Virus record (IMG/VR): IMGVR_UViG_3300024317_000003
Source of the DNA: an uncultured virus (IMG/VR IMGVR_UViG_3300024317_000003)
Lineage: Duplodnaviria; Heunggongvirae; Uroviricota; Caudoviricetes
Strand: one strand, 5' to 3'
DNA length: 20,000 bases
The notes beneath the pieces were generated by a model. It worked only from the letters and a program-made list of their open reading frames with translations, was not told where the DNA came from and made no database searches. The stretch's first letter is position 1. Every line of letters starts with the position of its first letter. Positions 15,222 through 20,000 of the stretch are shown piece after piece. Position numbers and translations under genes: made by a program.

Positions 15222-15677
15222 ATGTATAACTACTATAACGCACGCTTCTGGGTGCAAACCGCTCGCCGTGCAAATATCGAAGGTTGCCAATGTTCCCGAG
15301 ATTACGGCTACGTTGTCCGCATTCACCCGCCGATCACGGGCGAAGGCAGGCGAAGCGGTAAATATGTGTCGTGGTGCAAAACCAAGGCAATCGCGCAGGA
15401 CGAAGTAAACCGGCAGCTAGACGCACAACGGAAGGGATACCACGCCTGCCCATGCGGCAGCGACAAGCAGGCACGCGCCTGTTGTGGCGTCCCCTTTGCA
15501 ACTACCGAAGGTATCACAACCGCTGAAGCTGCCCGACAATACGCCGTTGACTGGCAGCAATGGCAGAGCGAGCGAGCAATGTCTTACGGTGAAGTGATGG
15601 AGTGGCAGGAAATTTTGCAAAAGCTGGCGGATAAATTCGGCTTAGAGGCTGAATTCAAAGAGAACGGCATCCTATGA
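15222..15677 (+). CDS. hypothetical protein with an internal SEC-C-like zinc motif
   Basis: CPCGSDKQARACCG at 15447-15488; ATG after an AAAGATCG leader. Confidence 0.65.
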   Translation: MYNYYNARFWVQTARRANIEGCQCSRDYGYVVRIHPPITGEGRRSGKYVSWCKTKAIAQDEVNRQLDAQRKGYHACPCGSDKQARACCGVPFATTEGITTAEAARQYAVDWQQWQSERAMSYGEVMEWQEILQKLADKFGLEAEFKENGIL

Positions 15678-15937
15678 AAATTCGGTGGTTCAAATTCTTA
15701 CAGGTGTCGGCTATTGACCGTCAACGTCTGTACATCGACGGAAAGGAAACGCCGTACTTTGTCGATAAGGCGCATTACCGAGCGCATTTCACCTACGGCT
15801 TGCCAGTGGGACTATACGGCGCTGGCATGCACCCGCAGGGATGCGCTGCTTGCTTTGGTGGATTCCAAAGAATCAGGGACGCCAAGAAACGCGCCGTCGA
15901 GCTGGCAACGCAACCGCAGGAGGCACACACACCATGA
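15674..15937 (+). CDS. hypothetical protein, 87 aa
   Basis: ATGA overlaps at both ends. Confidence 0.65.
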   Translation: MKIRWFKFLQVSAIDRQRLYIDGKETPYFVDKAHYRAHFTYGLPVGLYGAGMHPQGCAACFGGFQRIRDAKKRAVELATQPQEAHTP

Positions 15938-16455
15938 AACGAACCTGGGTTATTCTCGCCGCCGCGCTAGTCGTGAGCGGAACGGCATTGTTTATCTATC
16001 TGGACGAGCGAAGCAGTCAACGCCAGCGCGATGAGCAGATCCGCCAACTGGAAGAGCAACGCCAGGAAGCCGAGGCAGACGCACGGCAGCGGGCGGAACT
16101 GGCCAGGATTGACGCAGAGGCACAGGCGCAGCTCGACCGAGACACAATAGAGCAGCACCGGCAGGACGAAGCCGATAGGATGGCCAAAATCGCCGAAGAT
16201 GCTGAATTCCAACGGACACAGGAAGGCTTCCAACGCCATTTGGCCGAACTGAACAAGCAAACGGACGCTTGGCTTGCCGAGAGCCACCGGCAACAGGAAG
16301 CCCGTCAACAATACTGGGATGCCCAAGCAGCCGAAAGCCGCCGCCGATTAGAGGAAACCCAACGGCAAATCAACCAACCCCGGCAGCCCGTCCGCTATAT
16401 CTGGCGCTACAACTGGTCCACCGGCAACTGGGAATTGACGCCCCAATACTATTAG
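15934..16455 (+). CDS. membrane-anchored or secreted coiled-coil protein, 173 aa
   Basis: GGAGG RBS; N-terminal MKR plus hydrophobic helix; Q/E/R/A coiled coil; aromatic C-terminal tip. Confidence 0.75.
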   Translation: MKRTWVILAAALVVSGTALFIYLDERSSQRQRDEQIRQLEEQRQEAEADARQRAELARIDAEAQAQLDRDTIEQHRQDEADRMAKIAEDAEFQRTQEGFQRHLAELNKQTDAWLAESHRQQEARQQYWDAQAAESRRRLEETQRQINQPRQPVRYIWRYNWSTGNWELTPQYY

Positions 16456-16458
16456 CCC

Positions 16459-16488
16459 TTGACATGAACAAGCCCAACGCTTTAACGT
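16459..16488 (+). promoter_or_regulatory. sigma70-like promoter
   Basis: TTGACA-18 bp-TAACGT, the same geometry as the promoter at 5504. Confidence 0.55.
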
Positions 16489-16590
16489 GTGCCCATGCTT
16501 TGCGAGAGCGTGACACGGATAGCGTTGAAATCCCTTTCGACCATCCGTGTCGAAAACAAACGAGCATCGAGTCGCACTCCGTGCTCAACC

Positions 16591-16626
16591 CCACCTCTAC
16601 TCGCAATAGGGGTGGACTCTTTTTTT
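16591..16626 (+). terminator. intrinsic terminator / attenuator
   Basis: CCACCTCTA-CTCGCAA-TAGGGGTGG (9 bp stem, one G-U) followed by ACTCTTTTTTT. Confidence 0.65.
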
Positions 16627-16992
16627 CGGCCTGTGCTGGCACCTCCAGTCTCGTCCCGCCAAGGATGGTCGTTATCCCCATACGCACGACGGGCGCTGGT
16701 CACAAAGGGATATGCCGTGGGCCAAAGTCAGCGGGGAAGCCCGCTGCCGTCCTGCAGAGAAGCCACGTCGGGACGCAAAAAAATGGCGAACTACCCAAGT
16801 TGCCGGACCAAAGCCTCAACTGCTGCGGCAGTTCGGGTGTTCCCCGGTTGCTGCGATGGGGAACGATCTTCCCCTTTAGCTTAACAGCGGCGAGCGTCGG
16901 TCGCGTAAGCCATGATGCCGCATACTACCCAGGGACGTTTTCTGCCCTTGTCTTATCCCGGCTCCCTCTCTCTACTCAGTTGTTCCCAGTTT

Positions 16993-17133
16993 ATGAAAGC
17001 TAGAATTCTTATTCCCATATTGCTGGTGTCCCTAGCGATTAACGTCGCTGGTGTCGCTACTCACAGCACGGTCCTTTGGGTGGTCAGCGTAATCGGCTTC
17101 ATTTCGTACTACGTGGCGAAGAAGAGCCTATGA
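16993..17133 (+). CDS. small two-TM membrane protein, 46 aa
   Basis: MKARILIPILLVSLAINVAGVA...VLWVVSVIGFISYYVAKKSL. Confidence 0.6.
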   Translation: MKARILIPILLVSLAINVAGVATHSTVLWVVSVIGFISYYVAKKSL

Positions 17134-17248
17134 CCCTTACTGAGGCTGATCGCGGTCTCCTACTGTATCGGGGATCGGTCAAAGTACCACACATGCGATA
17201 CGGTTCGGGCCCTGCTTTGGGCCCTGGATCGGATCGAGGAACTAGAAC

Positions 17249-17644
17249 ATGAGCAAACACAAACGCAGAGGGAAGGCGGCGGAAAAGTTGAGCGGCATAA
17301 TGGCGATCAAGTGCGGCAGTTGCCCATTCAGGACGGGCGGCTACACCGAAGTCGCAGACCTGTTGGCGATCCGAGCCGTAACGGAAGCGACTCCCATTTG
17401 TCATTCGACCGGGATCAGTGGCGTTGTTCCGATGAGTAAGAAAATCACGCGGAAGAATCTGGCGTGCCGAGGCGCCAGGGATGTTGCGCTCGCATGGTTC
17501 GCGGCGCAGGGGTTCATCGCGGAGGCAACGGACGAGGCGTGGAACGCGAAAGCCAAAGAGATGGGGTTGCCGGTGCTGCTGCCGACCGTGACCGCCGAAG
17601 TTTTGAGAGATTGGGAAGATAGCAACAAACAGTACTCACCATGA
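17249..17644 (+). CDS. Cys/His zinc-binding-like phage protein (CGSCPFR...ICH...CRG)
   Basis: GAGGA RBS; CxxCPF/CH/CxG pattern. Confidence 0.7.
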   Translation: MSKHKRRGKAAEKLSGIMAIKCGSCPFRTGGYTEVADLLAIRAVTEATPICHSTGISGVVPMSKKITRKNLACRGARDVALAWFAAQGFIAEATDEAWNAKAKEMGLPVLLPTVTAEVLRDWEDSNKQYSP

Positions 17645-17772
17645 AAACAAAAAACAAAGATGCCAGGATATTTGTCACCGTGCGCTACGGCTTTGACACT
17701 TACGAAGCGTATAGGGTATGGCTGAAGAAATGCCGCAAGGTCAAACAGATCGAGAAAATCATCGAGGAATAA
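17641..17772 (+). CDS. hypothetical protein, 43 aa (MKTKNKDARIFVTVRYGFDTYEAYRVWLKKCRKVKQIEKIIEE)
   Basis: Translated by hand; ATGA overlap. Confidence 0.5.
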   Translation: MKTKNKDARIFVTVRYGFDTYEAYRVWLKKCRKVKQIEKIIEE

Positions 17773-17778
17773 ATTTTG

Positions 17779-17854
17779 GGGCGCCGTGCTGGCTTCCCGG
17801 CTGGTTACCGGGGCGGTTTACAACATGGACCGACGATCGGCTGGTGCGGCGCCC
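17779..17854 (+). ncRNA. candidate three-way-junction RNA (C4/CI antisense-like shape)
   Basis: 15 bp closing stem 17779-17793/17840-17854 with four G-U pairs, enclosing hairpins 17795-17813 and 17814-17832; followed by a T run. Confidence 0.55.
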
Positions 17855-17966
17855 TGTTTTTAAGCACACACACAAATGAAACTCCATTTCCGAAGAGCGT
17901 CCTGATAACAGCCGCGGGACGATTCGACGATCCGCGCAGCGTCAAGATGTCCTGCAAGCCAAAGCC

Positions 17967-18218
17967 GTGAGCGGGAAGGCACACACAAGGCGCGTTGCCG
18001 TCACACACAAGAAACGGCGTAGTGACGAGTCAATCACCATGCAGATAACGACGACAAAAGCCGTCCGGCATGCCCTGGATCGCATCATGGAGACCGGGCT
18101 TTACGGCAATTCCAGGGCGGCCGCAGCGGAACGATTGATCACCGAAGGCATTCGGCATCTGTTACGCGAGGGGACAATCTTGAAGCTTTCAAAAGTATTT
18201 CCGCAAAACATCAAATAA
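17967..18218 (+). CDS. ribbon-helix-helix-like DNA-binding protein
   Basis: SITMQITTT strand, ALDRIMETGLYG helix-turn, NSRAAAAERLI helix. Confidence 0.6.
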   Translation: MSGKAHTRRVAVTHKKRRSDESITMQITTTKAVRHALDRIMETGLYGNSRAAAAERLITEGIRHLLREGTILKLSKVFPQNIK

Positions 18219-18258
18219 CTTCTGGACAGCTTACAGTGACTAACGCAGGATACCTTTT

Positions 18259-18666
18259 ATGAATGACCCCGGCTTTCATCGTGTGCAGATTTTCGAGTGG
18301 CAACCCGTAAGCGGAGGTGCCGTGCGCAAGTGGTCTGTGGATCTTGCGATGACATTGATCGAGCAGCTCGGATTAAAGCCCAACTGCGAAATGTCTCTGG
18401 CGGACGCACAGGAAGGGCTGCGGCGAAATGCCTTAGCAAACGCGCTGGACTTTAAGCACGTAGCGAAAGCCGACCTGAATCAGCCGATAATCCTGATCAC
18501 AATTTGGGATGACGCGGAGAACGGTTACCGCAACATCATAATTGACGGCTGGCACCGGATTAAAAAGATGGTCCTGCTTGGCAGAACGGAACCGCTCCAG
18601 GCTTACATCCTGAGCCCGGCGCACTCCGCAGAAGTGGAGATTGAAGATTACGTTGTCTATGAATAA
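18259..18666 (+). CDS. ParB/Srx N-terminal-like domain protein, 135 aa
   Basis: DLNQPIILI...IIIDGWHRI motif; no HTH follows. Confidence 0.65.
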   Translation: MNDPGFHRVQIFEWQPVSGGAVRKWSVDLAMTLIEQLGLKPNCEMSLADAQEGLRRNALANALDFKHVAKADLNQPIILITIWDDAENGYRNIIIDGWHRIKKMVLLGRTEPLQAYILSPAHSAEVEIEDYVVYE

Positions 18667-18862
18667 TCCCTCAGAAAGAATCGAAATCATCCCTGGACCT
18701 GAACAACAAAAGCTTGAGGCATCGATGGCACTAGCCGTGCAGGCGTTGATCCAAAGGAACGAGCAATTAACGCTGGCACTCAGGCGGATCGTCACTCACC
18801 TAAGCATAGCGCAAGTGATGTCAGCCAAGGAAATCGCAGAACGCGCATTGGAGGATTTATGA
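18659..18862 (+). CDS. hypothetical coiled-coil protein, 67 aa
   Basis: ATG 18659 overlaps the previous gene; ATGA overlap with the next. Confidence 0.6.
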   Translation: MNNPSERIEIIPGPEQQKLEASMALAVQALIQRNEQLTLALRRIVTHLSIAQVMSAKEIAERALEDL

Positions 18863-19074
18863 AAGAAAAACCGCTCGTGCATTTGCTGAAACTTGGTGAA
18901 TTCCGGGTTTGGTGCAGGCCGTCACAGGTACCGGCGAAGCTAGAGGTAACCGTCAAACCGAGCAAAGCGACCTGCACAAACTGCCTGACCGCGTATCGAT
19001 CACGCACGCAGGGAAGGCGCACGCAATTCAAAGTCTCGCACACAGGCCGGGACTACAACGACCACACACAATGA
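18859..19074 (+). CDS. small protein with H...C...CxxC (ATCTNC), possible zinc finger
   Basis: GGAGG RBS; ATGA overlaps. Confidence 0.65.
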   Translation: MKEKPLVHLLKLGEFRVWCRPSQVPAKLEVTVKPSKATCTNCLTAYRSRTQGRRTQFKVSHTGRDYNDHTQ

Positions 19075-19256
19075 AAAAGAAAGAAATCGAAAACGCAATC
19101 AGAACACTCCAGACCGCGCTCAAGGATGCATACGGCGAAGAGGATGTTGCTGAAATCATTCTCAAGCAAACCGGGGTGTCCCTGGATGACGACGAAGGCA
19201 CGATCGTTGTGAACGAGGCGACCGCAACCCAGGTAGCCGAGGAATTGGAGACATGA
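19071..19256 (+). CDS. acidic hypothetical protein, 61 aa
   Basis: ATG 19071; ATGA overlaps. Confidence 0.6.
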   Translation: MKKKEIENAIRTLQTALKDAYGEEDVAEIILKQTGVSLDDDEGTIVVNEATATQVAEELET

Positions 19257-19483
19257 ACAAGCCACACGTAACAGTTTTCATCAACGGCAACGAGCCGTTC
19301 ATCGCCATGCACATCAATGGATACCTGTCCGGATTGTGGCGCGGCGGCGGGATTCAAGCCTCAGGAGAAGTGCTGAAAGAACTTGTCAACGCTAACCTCG
19401 CCACGCTTACGGTAATCGGCGATAAGGCTCAATCTTTTTGGAACAACATAATCACCTGCAGCCAAGTACTGCCGAACCTATGA
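19253..19483 (+). CDS. hypothetical protein, 76 aa
   Basis: GGAG RBS; ATGA overlaps. Confidence 0.6.
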   Translation: MNKPHVTVFINGNEPFIAMHINGYLSGLWRGGGIQASGEVLKELVNANLATLTVIGDKAQSFWNNIITCSQVLPNL

Positions 19484-19803
19484 AGAACCTAGCCCAACTC
19501 AAACCGGAGTCCCCGTTTTATCACTTGTTCCCGCAGGGTGTGCCGATCAAGAACATCATGCTGCCGAATAAGGTAATCCTGCAAGGCGTCAGCGACGAGC
19601 AGCCGGTGGACGTTTACATGATCGACTTAGACCAGCTAACACCGGAAAAGTTCGAGGAACTATTTGAGATAGTTCGAGCGCAGTGCGACCCAGCCGGGCT
19701 CGTTCCGCGAGTTGTGGTTTGGCAGGAGATTAAAGCCCGCGGATTGCCATTGCGCGCCAGCCAAGTCACATCGGTCAGCAGCGACGTGCCATTTTTCCTT
19801 TGA
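19480..19803 (+). CDS. hypothetical protein, 107 aa
   Basis: ATG 19480 overlaps the previous stop. Confidence 0.65.
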   Translation: MKNLAQLKPESPFYHLFPQGVPIKNIMLPNKVILQGVSDEQPVDVYMIDLDQLTPEKFEELFEIVRAQCDPAGLVPRVVVWQEIKARGLPLRASQVTSVSSDVPFFL

Positions 19804-20000
19804 TAGCGACCAACGAACAACAAACGAGAGAGTTATGCCCGAAGAACAACCTAGCAAGCCAGCCCCCCGACATCAAATTCAGGATCTACCCGAGAGACCT
19901 GTTAGCCATGCGCCTATTACAGTCTAAGGATGAAACCCGATTTGTACTGAACGGAGTGCATTTCGAGATTCACCCGAATGGCAAGGTGCTCCTGAAATGC
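19800..20000 (+). CDS. 5' part of a DnaN (beta-clamp)-like protein, start uncertain, runs off the window
   Basis: Hand translation gives ...DIKFRIYPRDLLAMRLLQSKDETRFVLNGVHFEIHPNGKVLLKC; SKDETRFVLNGV matches the clamp S.DETR..LNGV motif. Confidence 0.6.
   Translation, partial: MIATNEQQTRELCPKNNLASQPPDIKFRIYPRDLLAMRLLQSKDETRFVLNGVHFEIHPNGKVLLKC

Noticed and set aside
17130..17252. 40 aa ORF, or TGA readthrough into ...DTVRALLWALDRIEELE
   Set aside because: Two frames are plausible and neither can be supported; TGA behaves as a normal stop elsewhere.
17779..17854. tRNA
   Set aside because: The length is tRNA-like, but there are only two internal arms, a 15 bp closing stem, and no TTC T-loop or CCA.

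Overview
A 20 kb segment of a tailed-phage or prophage-like genome, with no integrase or att site in view. The host is uncertain; Verrucomicrobiota/Planctomycetota is a weak guess. The left arm (minus strand) runs: phage replication initiator with internal GTAACG iterons, DnaB helicase, a small ORF, a nucleoside 2-deoxyribosyltransferase-like protein, then probable virion ejection proteins. A divergent control region (5257-5540) holds four DnaA-box-like 9-mers and a structured leader. A rightward operon of an XRE-HTH gene, small ORFs and a LuxR-HTH gene follows. At 8.1-9.9 kb lies a second origin- or terminus-like locus: a truncated Rep paralog, a detached iteron-like array, a near-consensus parS and a sharp C-to-G skew flip. 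The right arm is an early-gene-like run. It starts with a Ycf46-like AAA ATPase, DUF1257-like, DUF2997-like, small-protein and DUF3150-like module. It continues with many small ORFs, two candidate structured RNAs, RHH and ParB-N-like proteins, and a DnaN-like gene cut by the window edge. The most striking observation is that the AAA ATPase is internally permuted, with its Walker B block placed before Walker A. All family calls come from motif recognition by eye, not database searches.
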